Below, piece after piece: positions 28,601-39,268 of a DNA stretch of 64,000 nt. The stretch comes from Gordius albopunctatus (lineage: Eukaryota). Positions within the stretch are counted from its first letter, which is position 1, and each line of letters starts with the position of its first letter. A program made the position numbers and the translations under genes. The notes under the pieces are model-generated. The model saw nothing but the letters and a program-made list of their open reading frames with translations, searched no databases and had not been told where the DNA came from. The stretch covers positions 20,398,001 through 20,462,000 of the forward strand of contig OZ193909.1 of assembly GCA_964276515.1 (NCBI GenBank), given 5' to 3'.

Positions 28601-30982
28601 GAATTTCTTCGGTAACCTGATACGCGTGTTCGTTCGGTTTCCTGGACAAGAAATCTGCCGCGTTTTCGGCTCCCTTGTTGTACTCGAACTTGGTTGTGTA
28701 GCCTGATACCATGAGCACCCACCTAGTTAGCCGAGGTGACCATTGTTCCTTGCCCTTTTTGCTCTGGTCGAATATATATACTAGCGGTCTATGATCCGTC
28801 ATAATAGTTACGCTTCGTCCCTGTATAAATTCATTGAACTTTTTTAGTCCATACACCACCGCCAGAGCCTCTCGTTCGATCGTCGCATACCGGCTTTCGC
28901 TATCGTTTAACGCTCTTGACGCATAGGCCACCACCCTCCAATTCTCTCCTGGTGCTCGTTGCTGTAAGATGGCCCCTAACCCTGTACTAGAGGCGTCTAC
29001 TACCAGCCCCGTCTCCCAATCTCCACTAAAGTACGCCAGTACGGGGGCTTTCGTAAGGGCGGATTTGATAGCTTCAAACGAGCCTTGTTGTTCTCTACCC
29101 CAGTGGTACAACACATTTTTTTTCATTAGTTTTTGAATCGGGTGTATGATTTTGGCGTAGTCCTTAATGAACTTTGCAAAGTATGCTGTTAACCCCAGGA
29201 AGGATTTTATTTCATTTTCGTTTGTTAAATTTTTCCACTGCTTGACTATTTCGGCTTTATTGTCGTTGATTTGAATCCCACTGTTACTTATTATGTATCC
29301 CAAAAAGGTTACTTCCTTCGCCCACAAGTTGCTCTTGGTAATGTTTGGCACGAACCCCCACTTTTGTAACGTTTCTAGTACTTTGAGTAACCGCTCGTTG
29401 TGAATTTCTTCCGTTTCCCCTGCAATTAGTATGTCGTCGATGTATACCGCTACCCCCTCCATGCCTCCTAATATTTGGTCCATTGTTTTTTGGAAAATAG
29501 CCGCGGCACAATTTAAACCAAACGGCATCCGGTTAACCTTGAATAAGCCCTTGTAAGTCGAGATCGTCAACCGTTGGCTCGTCTCTGGTCCTAATTCAAG
29601 CTGTAAGTACGCTTTCGTGAGGTCTAGCTTCGTACAATAACACGCGTTATCGAGTTTATTTAACAAATCGTCGATTTTGGGTAAGGGGTACATCAACCCT
29701 TGTGCGTATTTATTTATCGTAAACCGGTAGTCTATACATAATCGCAGAGTCCCATCGCTTTTTTTCACGGGTACCACTGGGCTGGCCCATCTAGAGAAAT
29801 CGATTGGTTCTATCACCCCGTCTCTGACCCATTTATTCAGTTCTTCTTCTATTTCTTTCTTCCACGCCATCGTCACTCTTCGCGCGGGGATAAATACGGG
29901 ATCTATGCCCTCTTTTACCGGTACTTCCACCGTTATTCCCTTGACTGCTTGCGGGAATTCGTTTCGCTGGCCCTCCCATCGCTTCATCACGTGCTGTATC
30001 GCTAACTTGATATCCTTCGGTCTTTCCACGTAATTGACCGCGAACCATTCCGCCGCTGTTCTCGAGTTCCAACGCATTTGACGCCATACTTCGGGTTCGA
30101 ATTCTTGTATCCAATCGATCCCGCATAGCGGCGGCCCCGCTACATCTGCTAGCAATAACGACAGCTGTTTCCTCGTGTAACCCAATCGGACATCGGCTTG
30201 TACCTTGGCTACGATCTTTATTTCCCCGTGGCCGTAGGCGTACACCGTCGGGACGGCCTCTTTGTTGCGTGGGATCTCCTTCGCCCATCTTTGCGCTGGT
30301 AATATCGAAACCGTAGCGCCGGTATCGACGATAAATTGGAACAATTCGTTATTAATATATATATCAACTGTTAACACATCTAAAGCATGGTTTAACCTGG
30401 GAATCCGGACCGGCCCAGGCCACGCTTCTCGTCTCGCAACTACGCTCCACGCCTCTTCGCCCCCGTCCTGCAAGGTGCTTAGCCCGCCATTTATCGTGTC
30501 GGCCGTTACTGCCAGCTCCCGTAGGCGGTCCCATTTGATGTCATTTTCTGCCAACAGTCTCGCTTGTAAGCTTCTATCGCGCAATCCTATAATGGATTGG
30601 TCGACGATTCTGCTCTGCACTTCTTCATTTCCGAAGTTGCAGCTATTAGCCCCGGCCTTGAGTCTATTAGCGTACGTGTCTATCGTCTCTCCCTAGCCTT
30701 GTCGGAGCTTTGAGAATTCGTACCTCTTTGCCCTCGTACATGAATTTCTCTGGAATAATTTCCTTAATCGATTTTTCGCTTCTTCGTATGTAATTCCTGT
30801 CAACTCTTGCGGTCTATAACCCTCTAGTATTAATTGGAATGCATCCCCCTCGAGGCTGGTTAATAATAGCGCGGCATTTTGTTCATCTGTCTCCGTCTTA
30901 TTGTTCCTAAGGAATAACTCAAATTGGGTTAAGAAAGCGTCGATGTTAGCCGTTGTTTTATATTTCTGCATCTCCGCGTAGG

Positions 30983-31000
30983 ATCCTACTCACGACGCCA
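30983..31000 (-). promoter_or_regulatory. Primer binding site TGGCGTCGTGAGTAGGAT (probably complementary to a tRNA-Ser 3' end)
   Basis: Starts with TGG 1 nt after the LTR's terminal CA. Its reverse complement ATCCTACTCACGACGCCA looks like a tRNA T-stem/acceptor end. Confidence 0.75.
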
Positions 31001-31001
31001 C

Positions 31002-31238
31002 TGTTAAGGGCTGATATTTATTCACGTAAACTATTAGGGGTGTGATACAAAAAAAACGACTACAACCACAAGTGTCCTGGCGTATATATCCAACGCCTTT
31101 ATATGTTACAACCAATTAACGATAATTTGATCGCCAACGCGCGTGTAAATAACATCAAATTTGATCGCCAACGCGCGTGTAAATAACATCAACACGCAGG
31201 TAACTATCGTATCCCTGGAGGCACTTTACCTCTCTACA
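31002..31238 (-). repeat. 5' LTR of Gypsy copy A (TGTA...AACA), containing a 34-bp tandem duplication (31124-31192)
   Basis: TG...CA ends, AATAAA near its 3' end, and homology to the 3' LTR at 34105-34312. Confidence 0.88.
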
Positions 31239-31789
31239 AAAACAAACCCCACCAATGTGGGACCAAATGACTGATAAAGAAGAAGAAGAAGAAGAGATGG
31301 TGTTAACATACAAAGATATGTCATACGGCTGCTGGTTTACTGATTATTTTTGAATTATTTCAATTAACATTTTATAAATTTTAATTAACTTTAAATAAAG
31401 TAAAAAAGACAATTTTACATATACCATTTGATTTTAGAATAGTTGAGACATTTTTATCAATATTATTGTTTAAAACAATAGATGTGAGTGTTTCAATTGA
31501 ATCTTCTTCATTGAACAAATTTAAATACTCTAGAAATTATAATTGTCATATCCATGAGAAACTCTCAAAAAGGGAACCAGTCCTTATAAGGCATGGACAT
31601 GTGATAAGAGGAAAAACAAAGGAAGGGAGAAGGAAGGTTACCAAAATTTGGGTTGGTAGTTAAATGGTACAAGAACACAGCTATAAATTAAGACTTGGCC
31701 TGAAAGAAGTAGCAGAAGGAAGCAAGGGTACGACACAACCTGGGAATAAATATCGAATTGGCATAAGAAAGGTAGGGGAAACCTAGAAC

Positions 31790-32003
31790 TAGTGATGATC
31801 AAAACATAGGTCAGGTTTTCCCGAGGTTCAACCTCAGGTCGGTTTTAGGTTCTGGCGTTCTAAAACCTGGCAAGGTTTTTGAACACCCGAACCTTAACCT
31901 GAGGTTGATCCCAAAAATCAACCTGAAAAACCTTCAGGTCAATTTTATCCCCAACCTGAACCTTCAGGTTGCCTGATCAAAACCTAGGTTTTGATCATCA
32001 CTA
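31790..32003. mobile_element. hAT-type MITE (214 bp) rich in AACCTGA/TCAGGTT subterminal motifs
   Basis: TIR TAGTGATGATCAAAAC / GTTTTGATCATCACTA; perfect 8-bp TSD CCTAGAAC (31782-31789, 32004-32011). Confidence 0.88.
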
Positions 32004-32921
32004 CCTAGAACTGTCAGCTGAGGGTTCCAAAGGACGTGGAAAAGCCTTGGAAGCGAAGGGCCATTCATCACGGAATTGGCGCGGGAAAATGGGTCAGAAA
32101 GAAAAGAAGTTTCAAGGATAAGGATACAGGCCAAGAAAATCAAAAACCTAAATAAGTTCCAGCAAAATCGATACTCCAGAGAAAAATAGGATTTTCTCCC
32201 GTAGAATGAGAATTTCTCCATTGTAAACCCAATCCCCCCCCCCCCCTGTAATCGCTAGAAATTATATTCCTGCGCTATTATTGTCTTGTTAACAATTATT
32301 GCCGAATACTTCAATTATATATCGTGTCCGCAATTGTATCATAGTTATTTGAGTGAATAAACTAGTATTTGGAGTATCACAGATTTGGTGAATAATCGTA
32401 CAAATAAATAATTCCCAGACTAGAAGCAATAAATAATTCCCCCCTTTGGGCGGAGGATGTAAAAGTTTTATCTTTGGTAAAATTTGTATATATACAGAAT
32501 AGATAACATAAATATTAGTAGTCAACAATGCTCATTGCTTAATTATGTTTAAAATTGGCAATGTAATCACAATATTTATAACAATTAATATATATAAGAA
32601 ATCAATTACTATAACTATACTATATAAACATAAAATAAAAGCCTAAGTCACTTACTAGAAATACCATATTTTAAAGAGGAAAAAATCTTGTATACAAACT
32701 CTCTTCATAATTTACAATCAATGGTGGAAGTCGAAAATTAAATTCTAAATATTGAATGTATATATTATGTTTCTAGACTTTTATACGTGTCTCAAAATCT
32801 TTTATGCAACTAAACTATAATATTTTAACCCATTTAATCTAATTATTAAACAAAAAAAAATCCAAATTTTGGTCAAGGGGCCAGAAACATCCCACTTTCT
32901 GCCCCCTTGGCTACGCGCCTG

Positions 32922-34104
32922 CATTTAGTGATCAGCTACTTCAAGTAGGTTCTCCATGTATTCCTGCACTTACACCAGCTTCGCTTTGGCTCGTACCTTC
33001 TTAAGTCCATATCTATTTTATGCTTCCATGTCAGCTTAGGTCTCCCTCTCTTTCGCTTACCTTCGACTTGCACTTTCTTGATACGATTTGCCAAGTGACT
33101 TTCCTCCCGTCTGTCCAAATGGCCATACCATCTCAATCTTCTTACCACCAACTTTTTCTGAATCGGAACTACATTTAGTTTATCCCTTATGTCTTGATTT
33201 CTTATATGGTCCTTTTTGCTTATTCCGTAGATCCATATCAACATTCGTATCTCCATTGTAGCTAAGCTTTGCTCCTCTTTTGCCTTAATTGCCCAGGTTT
33301 CCGCTCCATACAATACCGTGGGTACAATAACGGTGTTATATAACCTTCTTTTCAATTTTAGTGTTATGTGCTTGTCACATAGGACACCACTCAACTCCCT
33401 GAATTTTAGTCAGCCTGCGTTTATTCTTGCCTTAATTTTGTTTTCCACACCTCCATCACATTGTAGCCTAGAGCCAAGATATTTAAATTCTTTCCTGGTG
33501 CTTAAACACCAGTCATCTATTTGCAGGTGTGTTTCTCTGTATTCATTCCTGACTCCGAGCATACATATTCAGTTTTATTTCAGTTGACCCTAAGGCCTTT
33601 GCTTTCAATTCGTTCCATCCACACTTTTACCTGCTCTGCTAATTCCAAGTTTGAGCATGCGCACAGGACGATATCATCCGCAAAGAGCATTGCCCAAGGT
33701 GATCCGCGTTTCAGGTCCTTCTTTATCGAATCCATTATTGTTATGAAGAGCAATGGACATAGGGTCGATCCTTGATGCACACTAATATTTAGACTGAATC
33801 CCTTTGATGTACCACTGGATGTCCGAACTTTGGTTTTTGCGTTTCTATACATATCCTTTATTAACATTATATAAGCGTCGGGTACACCATTGGAACTCAG
33901 GCAATCCCATATCAACTGCCTTGGCACTTTATCGAAAGCTTTTTTAAGATCGATGAAACTCATATGAAGATCCTTTTGTTTTTCCCTATATAATTCTATA
34001 AGTCTCCTAAGACCATGTATTGCATCTGAAGTCGACTTTCCAGGCATCAACTCAAATTTTCGTTCATCTATTGATATTATTTTTCGGAGTCTAGCTTCTA
34101 TAAC
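32922..34104 (-). mobile_element. RTE LINE 3' fragment (family B, RT C-terminal half); its extreme 3' tip lies at ~24195-24224 on the far side of the hAT-like insertion
   Basis: ORF 33580-34050 has FIDLKKAFDKV, HQGSTLCPLLF and LFADDIVL. ORF 32936-33394 has LYGAETW and LRWYGHL. Confidence 0.9.
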
Positions 34105-36782
34105 TGTTGAAGGGCTGGATCTTTATTCACATAAACTATTAGGACTGGGATACAATAATCGAAAAAGTGACCATCACCGTATATAACAAACGAATATATA
34201 AGTTACAACCAATTAACGATAATTTGATCGACAACTCGCAGGTCAATAACGTAAAAACGCCGGTAACTAACGTATCCCCGGAGGCACTTCGCACTCCTAT
34301 TACCTCTCTACAGTTCCCCCCTTTTCTCAGACAAAATCCTTAAGGAATGCTGGCGGTTTCCGGCTACGCTGTGGGTATCTCGGTTCTTCCCTAGGTGTTC
34401 CTGCCTGGTTTTGGCTTTGTTTCCTTGTCGCACTTGTTCCCCTGTTTTGCATTTGTTCCCTTGGCGCATTTGTTCCCTCTTCCCTTTCTGATGATATTCT
34501 TTGTGTGGCCACCCGTTCTCTTGTCCCAGCGTGGTCCAATCCAGGATTCTCCGTTTCCTTACTTAATCCAGGTGTCGGTGGTGCTTTCTTCCCTGTGTCC
34601 ATACATCGTAGGAACGACTCCCCTGTTTGGCTTTTATCGTGCCTTCTACCCATTTGCTTGGACCCAGGAACATGCGTACCCAAACCAAGGCTTCTACGTT
34701 GAACATTCGTGGGTTCCCGGTCTCTACCCATTGTTTTGGTACAGTTTCCCTTAATACCTCCCATTCGGTTCGCATACGCCTTTTTAACATCATCTCTGCC
34801 GGGCTTTTATTGTTTGCGGAGTGTTTTGTCGATCTATAGTTTTCCAGAAATCTATTTATCCCTACTTCCGACTCGTTCCTCATGATGGCTTCTTTCATTA
34901 ATCGTACGTATCTTTCTGCCAAACCGTTTGACGCAGGATGGTACGGAGCTGTCCATCGCTGATTAATCCCTCTCATCTTGCAAATGTTTTGTAAATCCTG
35001 TCCTTTGAATTGTGGGCCATTATCTGATATTAGCCATGGTGGATTTATAAATCTCGCAAACGTCTCGGCAAGTTTTTTTATAATGGTTGTCGATGTGGTG
35101 TCTTCTAACTTAAACACCTCTACCCATTTCGAACTATTGTCCACCATCACGAGGTATTATTTACCCTTGAGAGGCCCCATGATATCGATATGTACTTGGA
35201 CCCATGGTTTTTGGCTAGGTTGACACTCTATCAACGGTGCCTTCTTCGCCGCCGTGGCCGTGTAATTGCAATTCCGGCATCCTTTCGCTACGCTCAATAA
35301 GTCCTCGTCGAGAGTAGGCCACCATATATACTGCCGCGCCACTTCTTGCATTCGCTTGATACCCACGTGGCCCCTATGTAGTCTTTGTAGTACCGCTCCT
35401 CGTAACTTAGCCGGAATTAATATTCGTCGCCCTTTGTAATATATTATGCTCTTGGCCTCATGCAACTTTGGCAGGTGTTTTTCGTAGGTGCGTTTTAGCC
35501 CACCCGTGACCATTGTGTTTTGTTTACCTTTAATCCACTCTTTTACTTGACGTAGCCCCGGATCCTCCCAGGTGCGTTGTCTTACTACGTCCAATGAAAT
35601 AAACGGATTCGTCGAGTCTTCTGGGATTTCCTCGGTAACCTGATACGCGTGTTCGTTCTGTTTCCTGGACAAGAAATCTGCCGCGTTTTCGGCTCCCTTG
35701 TTGTACTCGAACCTGGTCGTGTAGCCTGATACCATGGGCGCCCACCTAGTTAGACGAGGTGACCATTGTTCCTTGCCCTTTTTGCTCTGATAAAATATAT
35801 ATACTAGCGGTCTATGATCCGTCATAATAGTTACGCTTCGTCCCTGTATAAATTCATTGAACTTTTTTAGTCCATACACCACCGCCAGAGCCTCTCGTTC
35901 GATCGTCGCATACCGGCTTTCGCTATCGTTTAACGCTCTTGACGCATAGGCCACCACCCTCCAATTCTCCCCTGGTGCTCGTTGCTGTAAGATGGCCCCT
36001 AACCCTGTACCAGAGGCGTCTACGACCAGGCCAGTCTCCCAATCTCCATTAAAGTACGCCAGTACGGGGCCTTTCGTAAGTGCGGACTTGATAGCTTCAA
36101 ATGCGCCTTGTTCTCCCCCCAGTGGTACACCACATTTTTTATCATTCGTTTCTGAATCGGGTGCACAATTTTGCCGTAGTCCTTAATGAACTTTGAAAAG
36201 TATGCTGTTAACCCCAGGAAGGATTTTATTTCATTTTCGTTTGTTAAATTTTTCCACTGCTTGACTATTTCGGCTTTATTGTCGTTGATTTGAATCCCAC
36301 TGTTACTTATTACGTATCCCAAAAAGGTTACTTCCTTCGCCCACAAGTTGCTCTTGGCAATGTTTGGCACGAACCCCCACTTTTGTAACGTTTCTAGTAC
36401 TTTGAGTAACCGCCCATTGTGAATTTTTTCCGTTTCCCCTGCAATTAGTATGTCGTCGATGTATACCGCTACCCCCTCCATGCCTCCTAATATTTGGTCC
36501 ATTGTTTTTGGAAAATAGCCGCGGCACAATTTAAACCAAACGGCATCCGGTTAACCTTGAATAAGCCCTTGTGCGTCGAGATCGTCAATTGTTGGCTCGT
36601 CTCTGGCCCTAATTCCAGCTGTAAGTACGCTTTCGTAAGGTCCAGCTTCGTAAAATAACACGCGTTGTCGAGTTTATTTAACAAATTGTCGATTTTGGGT
36701 AAGGGGTACAGCAATCCTTGTGCGTATTTATTTATCGTAAACCGGTAGTCTATACATAATCGCAGAGTCCCATCGCTTTTTT
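34105..36782 (-). mobile_element. Ty3/Gypsy copy B (same family as copy A): 5'-truncated RT-RH-IN with frameshifts/stop, polypurine tract and 3' LTR (34105-34312)
   Basis: ORFs 36487-36714, 36020-36529, 35157-35957 and 34563-35150 are near-identical to copy A pol. The PPT GAGAAAAGGGGGGAAC abuts a TGTA...AACA LTR. Confidence 0.93.
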
Positions 36783-37585
36783 AATTCCATTATTGTTTTT
36801 GTGCCTGACTGATTACCTTTATTAATTAATTTATTTTGGAAATTTCTCTAGATTCTTAATTACTTTTATCATTGTTTTTTCATTTTATATCAATAACCTA
36901 AATATTTAAAACGGTGGCAAAGCAAAGAAGCTAAGTAGTTTTATTGAAACATTATAACCTTACTTGGCACAGCGTACATTATATAGCTCTGAAACTTCAG
37001 CGTTTTCCTCTGTTATAATATAACTGACCTGAAATGCGAATCTTATTCTATTATTTAAATAGATTCATAGAAGTTACAACTTTAGAAATAAGATAAGTAA
37101 ATATTTCAAAAAGTTTTTTTATTTGGAACTGTAAAAAATAAATTTTATAAAGTTAAATTTTTAGCTTTAAATTATTATTAGCTTAATATATTGTAACGAG
37201 TGAAAATGGATTTTTTATTTCAAACTCATCCTAGTTGTAAATTACGAGTAATAACAATCTAATGCATTTTATATTTAGATGGTGAAAAATTTTTGAAAAA
37301 TATAATTTTTCGAAAATTTTATTTGAAAAATCGGTTTGGGTTCGGGTCGGGCCAAAAATAAAAAAGTCTTTCGGTCTCGGGCCGGGCTCGGGCCGGGTTC
37401 GGGCAGCAGAAATCTCATTTTTCAGGGCTCTATTGATATCTTCGCGACTTTTAATAACAAGTTCAATTCAAGAATTTATTAAAATTATGGCTAAAATTTC
37501 AAAAATGTTCATTTTGCCCCCCCCCCCCCCAATATTATTGCCCCTCTAATGCTGGTTACGCCCATGTGTTCAACCCACTATCTTA

Positions 37586-37842
37586 GGTCTTGTCTTAATA
37601 TCGGATTCAGATTCAAATGGCGCGAATTTATCTTTATCAAATATCCGATTTGATTTCACGTGTCAAACTCGGTTTTAATTATTAATATTTAGTTTTTTGA
37701 TAATTAAAACCGTTTTTTAGTTCATTTCAACTCTTGAGATGAATCGCTGTTATATTATGCGTCTGAAATGTAAATCTGCTGCTGTGAATTCGAAGTTAAG
37801 ACACGGCAATGTTATAACCCGTGCAACGATTTTTACAAGCCC
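37586..37842. mobile_element. Harbinger-type MITE, second copy (inverted relative to 5522-5801, one TIR partly deleted)
   Basis: Co-linear similarity to 5522-5801; TTA on both flanks. Confidence 0.75.
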
Positions 37843-38447
37843 TTAGGCGGAAGATCGGAAAAACACTTAAATACCGAGATATGGCTCAATCTAAAATTTT
37901 TATCCCCATAGTAGTTTCCTGTTGCGCCACTTTTGGCAAGAAAGCATTAGCGTTTTTTAAATTGATAGGAAAGAAATCCCTAAAGCCAAATACTCAGGCA
38001 GCTTTATTTTACCTCAAAAAATTAGCGTTTTAATCGAAAAATATAGTTATAATAAATCTGAACTCTGACACAACATGGCTCTTCGGATTAATAATTTTTT
38101 ATTTATATCATTTTATGCTCGTTTACTGCAAATTTCGTGGATTATTTTTATCTAATAAAAGCATTTTAATAACATAAAGTAAACTTTTTGAAATAAAAAA
38201 AATAGTAACTACTATTAGTGCTGTAAAAAGAGCTGGGATTTGATTAGTCGAACTTTGGTTAAATTAAAACTATGGGCTGACTTAACAGAAGTAGACCGAA
38301 TCCTCTGGTCTGCCTTTTCAAATTTCGACTCGGGCTCGAGGTCTTTTTTTGAGGTCGACTAAACAGCACTCCGGTCTTTTTACAACACTAGTGTAACTAT
38401 AAAGGACTCTTTTTCTCCGGTAGATTAAGTGAACCTTTAGGGATTAA

Positions 38448-38610
38448 CATGGACGTAGCCAGGGGTGGCAAAGAGGGGCGACTGCCCCCCCTCTAAATCC
38501 AACAAATCTTCAAAATTTCATATAATTCTGGCTAAAATTTCAAAAAATATCATTTTGCACTTCCCTAAATCATTATTGCCCCCCCCTAATCCAATCCTGG
38601 CTACTGCCGT
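38448..38610. repeat. Short dispersed G/C-run repeat family (CATGG[A/G]CGTAGCCAGG...CCTGGCTAC); other copies at ~14095-14208, ~15697-15853, ~37487-37566
   Basis: Shared motifs GGATTTGAATTAGAGGGGGGG-GCAATAA, AAATTTTAGCC and GGCTACGCCCATG in several copies. The termini resemble the TIR of the 24225-32921 element. Confidence 0.65.
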
Positions 38611-39268
38611 ATATTATGAGCTCTATCCGAATGCTCATGCACGGAGGAAACGGTTATAATTATTTTACTTAATTCAAAGTAAACCTCTTATAAATGAAAT
38701 AGATGGGAGGACACTTTGTTTCAATAGCGAGTGACCTTCAAATGGATTAGTATATTTAAATTTATCAATATTTTTGCAATGTTTTGTTTTATAATTATGA
38801 ATCGACCATTAGACTAAATGACATTTTATATAAATTGGAATTTATAAAAATTATGGGTAAAATTTTATAGAATCATCATTTAGCTCTTTCCTATTTATCC
38901 AATCATAGCTGTTAGGCATCTATGATTGGACCTGTGGGTTCCGACAGGGCATGCCCTGTTATCCCCCACAGCGTTTATTAGTAATATACTCATAAACAAA
39001 AATAACTACAGGCAAGCAAAGTGTAAAGTACTAAGTTATGAACGACGAGCGAGGTGTGACATGAATCATGCGAAGAAGGAGAAGTGGCGCGCGCGTCGAT
39101 AAATGTAATAGATACAACAGCTGGTGGCGAAAATTTATATATACTTGTAAGGAATAAATGGGAGAAAAGGTGTTATAAGGTAAAACGTATAACGCGAAAA
39201 TTCCAAAGAGCGTTGGTTTAGTCAGCGGTTTTCCTTTTATAGGTGCGTATGATAGTGCGTGCAAGGGT

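Larger units (their letters stand above)
27307..31238 (-). mobile_element. Ty3/Gypsy LTR retrotransposon copy A (single gag-pol frame 30971-27612 with a premature stop; 5' LTR present, 3' LTR deleted)
   Basis: Protease FIVDTGATVS; RT LCIDYR / KLDLTKAYLQ / RMPFGL / YIDDILI; RNase H VDAS..GLGAIL, EREALA; integrase H-H-C-C and DDE (VDIDIMGP, SDNGPQF, SNGLAER). Domain order PR-RT-RH-IN. Confidence 0.95.
24436..31296 (+). mobile_element. Near full-length RTE LINE (family A; APE-RT at 24528-27300, frameshifted), interrupted by a Gypsy element
   Basis: APE motifs (ITCWNVGTL, ACLQETRW, AYAPQ, GADFNAHVG, SQIDYLL). RT motifs (GLHQGSALSP, LYADDIVL, LRWYGHI). (GAA)n tail at 31279-31296. 14-bp TSD ATGGTG[A/T]TAACATA at 24422-24435 and 31297-31310. 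Confidence 0.92.
24225..32921. mobile_element. Non-autonomous hAT-like DNA element, expanded to 8.7 kb by nested insertions
   Basis: TIR CAGGCGCGTAGC (24225-24236) / GCTACGCGCCTG (32910-32921). Perfect 8-bp TSD CATTTAGT (24217-24224, 32922-32929). It interrupts the 3' end of an RTE-B copy. Confidence 0.85.

Noticed and set aside
30693..30695. In-frame TAG between gag and pol as programmed stop-codon readthrough
   Set aside because: The stop falls in the middle of the conserved gag motif RQx(x)GET..Y..RL, not at a gag/pol boundary. A nonsense mutation is simpler, and the mirror copy is not independent evidence.
31124..31192. 34-bp direct repeat pair (and AACCTGA repeats at 31790-32003) as a CRISPR-like array
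   Set aside because: There are no spacers and the context is eukaryotic. These are a tandem duplication inside an LTR and subterminal motifs of a MITE.
38953..38968. GGGATAACAGGG (minus strand) resembling an I-SceI site core or an LSU rRNA conserved motif
   Set aside because: The match is only ~12 nt with no flanking similarity, and it is explained as part of the hairpin stem.
39031..39264. 77-aa ORF downstream of the RT as a tyrosine recombinase, envelope or X-like gene
   Set aside because: It has a non-ATG start, is short, has no RHRY recombinase motifs, and its composition follows T-rich UTR sequence.
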